From the human T2T-CHM13v2.0 reference genome, Homo sapiens: a stretch of DNA of 64,000 nucleotides. Positions 38,471-50,487 of this stretch are shown in pieces. The DNA is taken from the NCBI RefSeq assembly GCF_009914755.1, contig NC_060926.1; one strand, written 5' to 3'. Within the stretch, counting starts at the first letter, position 1; every line of letters begins with the position of its first letter. The notes under the pieces are model-generated. The model searched no databases. It was not told the origin of the DNA and was given only the letters and a program-made list of their open reading frames with translations. The position numbers and the translations under genes are program-made.

Positions 38471-39825
38471 TGAGAGGTGAAGCAAAATGACCTCCATTGC
38501 TGGTTCAAACCCAGATGCCACACTGGGTTGCGGGAGTGTGCTTGGTTCCAATATTTTGTCCATCTTGGGGTTTTTTTTGGACCGCAGGGATCCCTTCCAC
38601 TGCCAGTACTGTTGTTGACTTCCATCCCCATGCCCAAGCCCCCGGAAGGCTCCCGCGTGGCCCAAGCCCCCCTCCCCACCACGAGGGGCGCCACTTCCTG
38701 CTCCACAGCGCCCTGTCCATCAACCGCCCGAGGGCTGAGGAGTGCCAGGCGCAGCAGGGGACTGGCGGGCAGCTCTGCCCGTGGCCCCAGTGCAGGATCC
38801 ACTAGGTGAGGCCGGCTGGGCTTCTGAATTGCTGGGGACCTGGAGAACTTTTCTGTCTAGCTAAAGGATTGTAAATGCACCAATCAGCACTTTGTGACTA
38901 GCTCAAGGTTTGTAAATGCACCAATCAGCAATCTGTGTCTAGCTCAAGGTTTGTAAATGCACCAATCAGTGCTCTGTGTCTAACTAATCTAGTGGGGCCT
39001 TGGAGAACTTTTGTGTCTAGCTAAAGGATTGTAAATGCACCAATCAGCACTCTGTATCTACCTCAAGGTTTGTAAATGCACCAATCAGTGCTCTGTGTCT
39101 AGCTAACCTAGTAAGAGCTTGGAGAACTTTTGTGTCTAGCTAAAGAATTGTAAATGCACCAGTCAGCACTGTGTGTCTAGCTAGAGGTTTGTAAACGCAC
39201 CAATCAGCACTCTGTGTCTAGCTAAAAGTTCGTAAATGCACCAATCAGCGCTCTGCGTCTAGCTAATCTGGTGGGGACTTGGAGAACTTTTGTGTCTAGC
39301 TAAAGAATTGTAAACGCACCAAAAAGCTCTCTGTAAAACGGACCAATAAGTAGGATGCCGGTGGGGCCAGATAAAGGAATAAAAGCAGGCCATCCGAGCC
39401 AGCAGCGATAACCTGCTCTGGTCCCCTTCCACACTGTGGAAGCTTTGTTCTTTTGCTCTTTGCAATAAATCTTGCTGCTGTTCACTCTTTGGGTCCATGC
39501 CGCCTTTATGAGCTGTAACACACACCACGAAAGTCTGCAGCTTCACTCCTGAGGCCAGCGAGACCACGAACCCACCAGAAGGAACAAACAACTCCAGACA
39601 CGCCGCCTTTAAGAGCTGTAACACTCACTGTGAAGGTCTGCAGCTTCACTCCTGAAGTCAGCGAGACCACGAACCCACCAGAAGGAAGAAACTCCGGACA
39701 CATCTGAACATCTGAAGGAACAAGCTCCGGACACACCATCTTTAAGAACTGTAACGCTCACCGCGAGGGTCCGCAGCTTCATTCTTGAAGTCAGTGAGAC
39801 CAAGAACCCACCAATTCCGGACACG
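38471..39825 (+). mobile_element. LTR12-family (ERV9) solo LTR
   Basis: tgagaggtgaagc start, ~41-bp U3 repeats gtaaatgcaccaatcagc, U5 repeats, ccaattccggacac end; 4-bp TSD gtac (38467-38470, 39826-39829). Confidence 0.92.
38880..39386 (+). promoter_or_regulatory. LTR12 U3 enhancer/promoter: 8 CCAAT (NF-Y) boxes, GATA site and AATAAAA TATA-like box
   Basis: CCAAT at 38880, 38921, 38962, 39040, 39081, 39200, 39241, 39343; cagataaaggaataaaagc near 39369-39387. Confidence 0.55.
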
Positions 39826-41249
39826 GTACCTTAGAATATGACTGTATTTGGATATAAGGTTATTAAGAGGCAACTAAGTTAAAACTAGGCCTTTAGGGTG
39901 GATCCTAATCAAATCCAACTGGTGTTCTTACAAGAAGAGGAAATTTGGACGCAGGGAGCCACACCCAGAGATAAAAGAGACAGTAGAAAGACAGCCCTCT
40001 GCAAGCCAAAGGGTGAGGCCTCAGAAAAACCAGACCTGCCAATAATTTTGTCTTGGACTGCTAGCCTCCAGAACTGTGAATAAACAAGTTTGTTGTTTAA
40101 GTGCCCAATCTGTGGTATTTTGTTATGGGTAGCCCTGGCAAACTAACCCAATTACCCTGGCCTGGTTACCTACTTCGCTTGTTGTCTCACGTGTAAAACA
40201 GAAACAACTGACCCTGCCTACAGAGAGTTGTGGAGGTGAATTGTGATATTTTTGAAAACTACAAAGGGTTATACAAATTTAATCAGTATGATACTTTATT
40301 ATGAAAAATGTTTCCCTTTTATATCTGAGCCAGATATGATGGCAGGGAGCACTGAACGTCCCCCGTTGTCACTAAGAGTCAGAGGTTGCTATTTGCTACA
40401 CTACAAAGCTGTGGATCCCCAAGCCCCTGATTTGTTTTTGTTTATTGCCTCAAGTTGTTGACAGCTGAAGACAAGGAAAGATAAATATTAAGTATGAGTC
40501 AGAGAAAATATTCTCTAATCCATTCTATTTTCCATAACTCTAAAAGTAATGACAAGTATTCTGGGTTAGGAAAAAAAAAAATCTCGATATTTATTCTTGT
40601 TAGCCAGCTAAAATTGAGGAAAGAAAAGCTGAAGACATTGACATTCAGAAAATGAGTTCAGAGGAAACAGGAGTAAGCAAGGAATTTTAATTAGAGCTCT
40701 ATAATGTACTGAAGAAATAACTATAAAAATGAAAACTATTCCCCCAAAAAGTTGAAATGGAAATAATTGAAATGCATTTGAATTCAATTTAAAGGGCTAT
40801 AGAGGGCAGCATAGTTAAATAGGGTATAGAAAAAAAACAAAAATGATTCTAAAAATATAAGCAGGCTTTTAGGAAATACTGAAATATTTATTAAAAATAA
40901 GCAGACATTACAAAAATAGTACATGAAGTTAAATATTATATTTTAAATTAAAATGCCCTTTTAGTTCTCAGATGTCTCAGCAATGAGCTCATGAGAGCTA
41001 AAATTCTGAAACACTAAAATAATTTCCTGAAATAGAAAAAAAGGCAAAGATTAAAAGAACATTCAGTCTTAGATGATTAGGCAGATGTCTGGATTTTTAG
41101 AAACTTCTAGTTTTCTTCTATTACAGTAGTTGGCAAACTTTAATGTGCATCAGAATTACCTGAAGGCTGCTAACCACAAATTGCTAGGCCTCACTCCCAG
41201 GTTTTCTGATTTCTGAGGTCTGGAATCAAGCTCAAAAATTTGCATTTCT

Positions 41250-42002
<753 letters not shown>

Positions 42003-42890
42003 AAGAATTTGTATTTCTAACAAGGTATTACCTTGAATACCTTGTATTCAAGGTAATGCTGAGGCTGCTGGTCTGAAAAGACTTTGAGAACCAGCACGCT
42101 AAGATAAAGACCATGTTGGAGCTCCAGTTGAATACAATTGACTGAATATATTAATTTATTTGCACAAAATACTTCTGAGTATTTGCATTTATCTCAACTC
42201 TCTCCCATAATACAGCAAGTTTTAGGAACTGGAAAACAAATCAGTAAGAGGCAATTGACCTAAAAAATAAACACAAAAAGCTAAGTGCTGTTTGGGGACA
42301 GGAGGCATCAAACAGCAATATGCAAATGCCCAAGAATTGCAGGTATCAGGTATCTTTAAGAAAATAGTAAGGCATAAAACTGAAAGTAGGAGAATTGGTT
42401 CAAAGTCTTTAAAAGAAACAGCTAAGCCCCTGATCTCCTTCTATGCCCTAGCAGAAAACCACATGTTTATTATTTGAAGAGATTAAAATATGAAGGATTT
42501 GGTAGCAGAGGAACCTGGAAAAGCTTAGGGAGTGCGTTTATGAAAAAGACAGAACAGACAAGGAAAGTGTGGGTTTCACCTGTCCTACCCTATCCTACTG
42601 CCCTGGCCTCTTCCCTTGAGCCTCTCCCAAAATGCCAACTAACAAGTGGAAAATTAGAGGCTTCCTCTTTGGTGGAACTAATCAAGCCAAGAGAAAAGAC
42701 ACATAGACACTGACATTAGGGATTCCCCCATGAAATGATGGGATTACTATCCAGTTACCCTACACTGAAGACCAACAAATATGTCCCACATGCATACAAA
42801 GGGTTTCCAATCAGTATTGTAGTGTCTCACTCATAAATATGAATTTTAACCAATAGTGATCAGTTTAGAAAATCCATCTAACATGAAGAC

Positions 42891-43363
42891 TGTCAGGTTC
42901 CAGCCCAAGCTGGGGTCCAAGGGGAGCTGGTAGATGAGTGACGGGTAGTTGAAAGAACACTCAAGGGATCATAGGCAGTGGGATATGGTTTTATTCTCTC
43001 TCTCTCCAACAGTCTTTGTCTCAGCTGCCCACTCCAGCCTCACTCCCTCTCAGCACAAGCTCCACAGCTCCTGCCACCCCCACGCCTGCAGCTGCACTCC
43101 CTGGTGCACTCACTGCTTTCTGACTCCCCTCTGTCTGCCTGCAAAGCAGCTGGCTCCCTCTCACAGAGTTAGCAGTGCAGTTATATTACTCATAGACAAC
43201 AGTGGGTCAGAGCCAGGTGATGAGCCCACCCGTGACATGGTTACACAACTGTGATTATATAATGCATGGGATTGTGTGCCTGCGCTCTAATCCTGCTGTG
43301 TCATGCTGCACCAGATTTTTACCTCAGCCTAGTCTTGATTGAAGCACATCCATTTTCCTTACA
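42891..43363 (-). mobile_element. ERVL solo LTR (LTR32-like)
   Basis: minus strand tgtaaggaaaatggatgtgc...cctgaca; perfect TSD aagac (42886-42890, 43364-43368). Confidence 0.75.
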
Positions 43364-43654
43364 AAGACAAAATGTAAAACAAACCAATGGGATAAAAGTA
43401 CTTAGCAGAAACAAAGGTAAAAGAGGAAAAATCAAAACAATAAGCTAACAACTATAAATAATGTAGTCAAAGGAAAGAAAAAACATCACATTTATAGAAG
43501 AAGAAAAGGATGTTATTTTAATTTTTTTAAAGAAACAGTATGAGAACAACAACAAATATTAAGTCATGCTGACAGAAATGAAAGATAAAGCTGAGGAAAT
43601 TCCCAAGTAAAGTGTAGAAGTAGAGCAAAAAGAGATGGGAAGATTCCTATAAAA

Positions 43655-43896
43655 CAGCAGTGCTCAACTAGGGAGTGATTTTTACATCCCAGGAGTCATT
43701 TAGCAATTTCTAAAGACATTTTTGGTTGTCACGATTCAAGATGCGGGGTGGAGGGATAAATAGCTATTACCGTCCGTCCTCTAGTGAGTAGGGGCCAGGA
43801 GTGCTGCTAAACATCCTACAATGTACAGGGCAGTCCCCCACAACAAAGAAATTATCTGGCCAAAAATGTCAAGAATATCAAGGGTTAGAAATCTCA
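43655..43896. mobile_element. MER20 DNA transposon
   Basis: agacatttttggttgtcac...tgctgctaaacatcctacaatgtacagggcagtcccc...aaaatgtcaa. Confidence 0.8.
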
Positions 43897-44030
43897 TCAT
43901 AAGACAATGCAGCCACCCAAATATGAATTTCCCCACCTCCTAAAAATATTCACAAGTGAACAAGGAGAATGAATAAAATTGCACATAATACAAACCAACA
44001 ACATAAATTGGGGTACAAAAAATACTATGA

Positions 44031-45209
44031 GCCTTCTCAAAAGAAGACATACAACAGCCCAACAAAAAATGTTCCATTTCACTAATCATTAGAGAAATGC
44101 AAATCAAAATTACAATGACATATCATCTCACACCAGTCAGAATGGCTATTATTAAAAAGTCAAAAAATAACAGATGCTGGCAAGGCTACAAAGAAAAGGG
44201 AATGCTTATACACTGTTAGTGGGAATGTAAATTAGTTCAGCCACTGTGGAAAGCTGTTTAGAGATTTCTCAAATAACTCAGAGCTACCAATCAACCCAGC
44301 AATCCCATTACTGGGTATATACCCAAAGCTAAATAAATAATTCTACCAAAAAGACAAATGCACTCATATGTTCATCATGGTGCTATTTACAAAAGAAAGA
44401 TAAGGAATAAACAAACCTAGGTGACCATCAGTGGTGGATTGCCTAAAGAAAATGTGGTACATATATACCATGGAATACTACAGCCATAAAAATAATGAAA
44501 TCATGTGCTTTGCAGCAATATGGATGGAGCCGGAGGCCATTATCCTAAGCTAACTAATGCAGGAAGAGAAAACCAAATACTGCATGTTCTCACTTATAAA
44601 TGGGAGCTAAACATTGAATACACATGGACATAAAGATGAGAACAGATACTGCAGACTACTAGAAGGGGGAAAGTAGAGGGAGCACAGATTGAAAAACTAC
44701 CTATTGGGTACTATGCTCACTATCTGGGTGATGGGATCTATACCCCAAATCTCAGCATCATGCAATATACTCATGTAACAAACCAGCACATGTGCCCCCT
44801 TGATATGGTTTGGCTCTATGTCCCCACCCAAATCTCACTTTGAATTATAATCCTCAAAATCCCCACAGGTCAAGGGTGGGACCAAGTGGAGGTAATTGGA
44901 TCATGGGGCAGTTGCCCCATGATATTCTTGTGATAGTGAGTGACTTCTCATGAGATCTGATGGTTTTATAAGCGTCTGGCATTTCCCCTACTGGCACTCA
45001 CTCCATCCTGCCACCGTGTGAAGAAGGTGCCTGCTTCTCCTTTGCCTTCTGCCATGATTGTAAGTTTCCTGAGGCTCCCCCTAGCAATGTGGAACTGGGA
45101 GTCAATTAAACCTCTTTGCTTTATAAATTACCTAGTCTCAGGTATTTCTTCATAGCAGTGAGAACAGAATAATACACCCCTGAATCTAAAGTAAAAGCTG
45201 AAATGACTG
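44031..45209 (+). mobile_element. Older primate L1 (L1PA15/16-like) 3' fragment, interrupted by THE1D
   Basis: ORF2 3' end plus 3'UTR gaaaaactacctattgggtactatgctcac; TSD aaaaatact(a/g)tga (44018-44030, 45210-45222). Confidence 0.8.
44801..45176 (+). mobile_element. THE1D LTR inside the L1 3'UTR
   Basis: tgatatggtttggct...aataca; perfect TSD cccct (44796-44800, 45177-45181). Confidence 0.9.
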
Positions 45210-45319
45210 AAAAATACTGTGAACTTCAAGTTGCTTGTAAATAAGGAAATATATGTCCAAATCCAGAGTAGTGAGTCAGGGCAGGGGATAAAGAAGAGGG
45301 GAGGGGAGGAGAGGAGAAG

Positions 45320-45674
45320 TGCCACAGTCTAAATATTGTGTCTCTGCCCCACCAAATTCATGTGTTGAAATCCTAACCTCCAAAGTGATTGTATTTGGAG
45401 GTGGGGCTTTGGCAAGGTGATTACAGAATGTGGGTAGAGCCTTCATGAGTAGGATTAGTACCCTTATAAAAGAGGTTCTGGAGAGCTCCCTTGCCCCTTC
45501 TCCCATGTGAGTTTACAGCAAAAACCAGAAAGCAGGCCCTCACCAGACCCCAAACCTACCAGCACCTTGATCTTAGACTTCACAGCCTCCATAATTGTTA
45601 GAAATAAATTTCTATTGTTTATTCCTCACTAGGTCTATGGTATTCTATTATAGCAGCCTGAGCAGACTAAGACA
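45320..45674 (+). mobile_element. MLT1A0-type LTR
   Basis: aaattcatgtgttgaaatcctaacc...gcagactaagaca; TSD agaag/agaac. Confidence 0.8.
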
Positions 45675-46109
45675 AGAACAGATGGAGCAGGGGAGGAAAG
45701 AAGCAGAGAGGAAGGAAACCAATCTACATCTTCAACATTTTGCTCCCAAAGCTACTCAGCTATGTACAGTTTTATCACTTACAAAATCTGCTTTCCCCAA
45801 AGCTGTAGGATAATCTAAGTTTTTGCTGCTATATAACAAGGATTCCCTTTCCTCCACTTTCCAATAACATGTTCCTCATGTTCATCCTTTTTTGATTCTT
45901 CAGAATTCTCAAAAACACCTTTTTGTATCCTGCTAATGCTTCTTTACCTGAGCATATGGAATTGTCAAATCCAAACTCCAAGTAAACCATTGTTGGGGAA
46001 AGAAACCTGGCGCTCCAGGCTTCCAGGACATAGGTGACAGGAACAGCCAATGGGAAAGCCTTTTTGCTAATGGTGACCAGCAACCATAGGTAGCATATAA
46101 TAGGTAAAA

Positions 46110-46300
46110 ACACGGGTTTAAATCCTGTCTTTGCTATTTATCATCTGAGCGACCTTAAGTAATTCTTTAAGCCTCTCTGAGCTACAGTTTCCTCATGTGA
46201 TATGAAGATTAAAACACCTACTCATACAGTTGTTTTGAGGGTTAAAAAGATATTGAAAGCAAAGTTCTTAGCACAGTACCTAGCTTGTGGTAATTGTTCT
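46110..46300 (+). mobile_element. MIR SINE
   Basis: gggtttaaatcctg...gcctctctgagctacagtttcctca...cttagcacagtacct. Confidence 0.65.
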
Positions 46301-46596
46301 TTAACCGGTGTCTTAAAATAAGTGACCTTCAAAGCTTCACAGCTAGTGTAGCAAAGACTGAATCATTAACGCTACCAACAAATTTAAGGGACAGTTCAGA
46401 CCAGCTGTTTAGGGAAAGCCCAGGCCCCTGAAGCTGTGCAGAGCCAGAAGTGAGCTGGGCATACATTTACAGAGTAGGTAAAGTATTATTTTGTTCTACA
46501 TTCAAGACTTTTTGATGTTTATTTGGGAGTGTAATATTCCAGTGTGAGCACATACATGCATACATGTACACAGTCCAAGATAATGCTACCCTAAGA

Positions 46597-46790
46597 GCAG
46601 GGGTACTCAAACTTGAATGTGTATCAGCACCACCTGCAGGGCTTGTTCAAACAAGATGACTGGGCCCTAACCCTAGAGCTTCTGATTCTGCATCTCAGGG
46701 CAGGGCCACAGAAAAACTTACATCCTACCAAGTTCCCAGGTGACGTTGCTGCTGCTGGTTCCAGGACCACAGTGTGAGAATTATTGCCCT
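46597..46790. mobile_element. MER5A DNA transposon
   Basis: ctcaaacttgaatgtgtatcagcaccacctgcagggcttgtt...caagttcccaggtgacgttgctgctgctggttcc. Confidence 0.75.
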
Positions 46791-47829
46791 ATAGAATGAG
46801 ACTCTATAGATGTTTCTTTTTAAATTCCACAGCATCCTACAAAGCAACCTATCAATGGCCACATAAGATTAAAATGGCCTTTAAATAAGCAAGAAGTAGT
46901 CAACATTTTTTTTACACAGTGTTCCTTACCAACTGGTTGAAATATAAGCAACCTGAAAGCTCTGAATTGAACCAAGCTACTTTGTAAATTGTAATTCATA
47001 ATATCCTTTTTCTCTAAAAATTTAGAGCCTCATCCTGAAAAGCCTGCAAAACCTTTACCCATTTTATTAATACCAGCTGTTATGAAACATTACCATAAAT
47101 CATGCTTCAGTTTTTTGCAAAGTGGTTCAATAAAGTGGGGATAATATAAGTTTGAGACAAATGCTTATTCTCATTGCCCAAGAGGATAAACAAAGGATAA
47201 ATTACATTCGCGGATTTCGACCTTAGCAGAATTTTGATGGCATTCGATATCTACCAAAGCTAGTCAGCTACAGCCTTCTGGGAAAAAAAATTGATCATGT
47301 CTATTTCTTTTTCAGGCTCGCCATGGGATGACTATCAAGTAGACATTTTTTTAACATAAGGTCATATAATTCTTTCATTTTGCTCCATCAACAGAAAAAA
47401 AAAAAACTGGTGAAGCAGTCTCAATTTTTAATGTACTTTAAAAGACTTTTAAGCATACTGATTTAACAACTTTTTATTGATTACTCTCTATTTACAAAAA
47501 TCAAATAGTCACAAGATAGACATGACCTTACCCTCAGGGTACTTAAAATAAAGTACATTCAGAGTGTGTGTATTAGTGTATGCGTGTGTGTTAGTGTATG
47601 TATGTGTGTTAGCATATTATGTGTGTATGTCTATAACATGTAGCCCACAGGAAACAGCTATTTCCACACCATTCTATAAAAAACTGTTTACCTCTCTCAC
47701 TCTGAGCATCAGGCTTGTGAATACACACAGGTGCTGAACCCACTCAGTTTACTTGCCTCTGCATTACATTACACGAAGGAGTGAGTCCGTACTACCAACT
47801 CTATAAAAGGCATTCCATTCAGGCTCTTC

Positions 47830-49030
47830 CTTTTCTCTAACAAAACAATTCTCATGAAGGCCAGTGATCAGTTCCATGTTACTAAATCCAATTTTCATTT
47901 TTTCATTGCCCATCTTATTTGATGTTTTCATAGCAATCACTAATGACCACAACTTTCCTCTTGGAATAATTTCTCCCTTTGCCTTTCATATCTCATGTTG
48001 CTACTTTCTCTCCTAACTTCTCTGGCTGGTCTCTGTACTGCTTCTCTAAAGGCACATCTTCCTCTGCCTGGACCACCTCCAGGCTTTCCTTAGCTCAATT
48101 TCTCCTCAGTCTTTACCGTCTCCCTAAGACTCCTCACACCATAGCATCAATCACTCCCTAAATGCCAATTCTGCCAACTTATATCTCAGTCCATAACCCT
48201 CCTCCCAGCTTCATAGCCATATGACCAACACTCATTGCATTATCCTTCCCCTAAAATCTGACCCAGTAGTCTCTACCTAGGTTGCACACAGTCTAGGAGA
48301 CCTACTTCTCTCTCCCTGCTCCATACACAACGCATCACGTATCTGTAAAGCTTACTTCCTAAGTGGTTTTTGAATTATTTCCTCCCCACCTCCACTGCTA
48401 CCACCCTAGTCCAAGGCACCACCCACAGTCCCACAGCAGCCAGGTCTACATACCCACTCTGGCTGCCTCCGATATACTCTCCATGATGTGACCAGCATAA
48501 TCTTTTCAAAGCACAAATCTGGAGATATAACCTCTTATTTAAAACTCTCCACTGGTTTTCCCACTCTTGGAACAAAAGCAAATTCAACACATCTATAAGG
48601 CTCTGTAGAGTCTAAAATCTTTTAATTCCCCAATCCCTATTGCTCCACTCCCCATTGCTCCATGGGCTCCAGTCACACCAGCTCCTTTCAGTTCCTTAAA
48701 TGAACCAGACCCTCATTTGCTGCAGGTGCTATTCACTGTCCCCTGCCCTCAGCCTACTTAGTTAACTCCTGTTCATTCTTCTGCTGTTGGCCTAAAGCCC
48801 ACCTTCTCAGGGAGGCTTTTCCTGCCCCTCAAGACTATGATCACATAACACCATGTACTTTCCCTAATGGCCCTTATCAAAGTTGTAATTTTACGTTTAT
48901 TAGTATGATTGTTGAATAATGTCAGTCTCCCACTCCAGACTGTAGGGCAGACTGTAACTATTGTGTCATGTATTATATCTTTAGCACCTGGCACTGCCAA
49001 AAGCACAATAAATACTTGTAGAGTAAGTGA
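47830..49030 (+). mobile_element. L2 LINE 3' portion (L2a-like), degenerate
   Basis: pyrimidine-rich; ccactgctaccaccctagtccaaggcacc...agcacctggcac...caataaatacttgt. Confidence 0.65.
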
Positions 49031-50190
49031 GAATAAACAAGGAGTAGCTGAGAGTACATTAATGCAAACTCTGTAATAAATAACATGCAGTCGGCTAACG
49101 AATAATATGGACACTAAAGAGGTGTACATACTATCCACTCAAGGAAACCACCAGTCATACAAACGTGCGACTCCTGTGTGTTTCTGGCCTAATTGCCGAT
49201 TTCTCCTCAGTGGTGTGTTGGTGGAATGCATAGACTGGCAGCTTTGGGAGGATACTTCTCCCCAGAACTTTTTCTCTTATTATCTGATCCCAGGTCATCC
49301 ACTAATCCAGTTTCTGTCCCTGAGCAGACTGCTCATCCACTAATCCAGGCTCCTCACCTTTTTGTACCAGTTCCTTATGCTTATCAAGGAGAGAAAAGAC
49401 ACCCTTCAGCATGGTAGGCAGGGCTCTTCACAATCTAGCAACCCCTGTTCAGCATCTCCCCTCTCCAGCCACTCCCACACCTAAGACATGGTGTTCCAGC
49501 CCACTCATCTCTAAGTCCTCCAAACGTGCCACACTTGCTCTCCTCCCAGCCTTTGCCCAGGCTGTTACTCTGCCCAGGACATTCTTCCCAATCCCCACTC
49601 TCCACCCTTCATACCTCTGCTTGGCTGTCACCTCCTTTTAACAAACTTTGCTGTTATCCAACAAGGCTTGATTGGGTGTTTCTCCCTGGTGGGTCCTCCC
49701 TGATCTTCCCTGATCATAGCATGCTTCACACTGAAGTGTCATGGCCTGTGTACTTTTAGGTCTTCCTCACTAGTCCTTGAAAGTAGGGGCTATGTCTTTT
49801 TCAGAGTTATATCCTTGAAGTGTAGCATGATGCTAGAAGCCAGTGGGTAACAAATACTTACAAACGAATAGAGAGAAACCTCGTCTTCTACTTATGCAGC
49901 AACTCAGTGTTCAGCCTGTACTATCATTCAGCAAATCTAGCTATTAATAGTTCTTGTTCTATTTACTTCCACACAGATTCAGAACCATTGCAGAGATACT
50001 GAGATGCATTTCTTCCCTAACACTCATTCTGCAAAAATGCCTACTAGAAAATAACACCTTCTGTGCATTACTGAGTACAGGGCACTGTGTAGGTTTCTCT
50101 AGGTTCCGACGGGAAGAAAATAACTTTTCCAGAATGAGTACAGTTTAAAACAATTCCCTCCCCACTAGTCCAAAGGCTTGCGCTTTATTA

Positions 50191-50487
50191 CAGAGATTTC
50201 CAAGCATGTTACAACACCACTATCCAGGATATTCATTGGTATTATGCACAAAAAAGTGGTCCAAACTAAAATATGTTTGGGAAACATTGGGCTAAACAAA
50301 CTCTGGTATTTTTACTGGAGGACTTCTCAGAGTCATTAACAAGTTAATCCACATCATGAATTTCTAAGGAGTATATGGTTCGCAGAGTTTCCCAAACATA
50401 TTAAACCACAGAGCTCCACTCAACCATCGTTTTGTGGATCATATTTAGGGACTAGTCTTCCATGGAACTCACATGGGGAAATGCTGG
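50191..50487. mobile_element. MER112-like hAT-Charlie element
   Basis: gtttgggaaacattgggctaaacaaa...gtttcccaaac...ccatggaactcacatggggaaatgctg. Confidence 0.55.

Larger units (their letters stand above)
38410..40150 (+). mobile_element. MLT1B/C LTR interrupted by LTR12
   Basis: ...cctaacccctagtac|cttagaatatgactgtatttgga...agccctggcaaactaa is contiguous once LTR12 is removed. Confidence 0.8.

Noticed and set aside
38846-39330. Regularly spaced ~41-bp repeats resembling a CRISPR array
   Set aside because: Standard LTR12 U3 tandem repeats; no unique spacers, eukaryotic context.
38450-39824. Cluster of overlapping 70-120 aa ORFs
   Set aside because: GC-rich LTR12 sequence and U5 repeats lack stops by composition.
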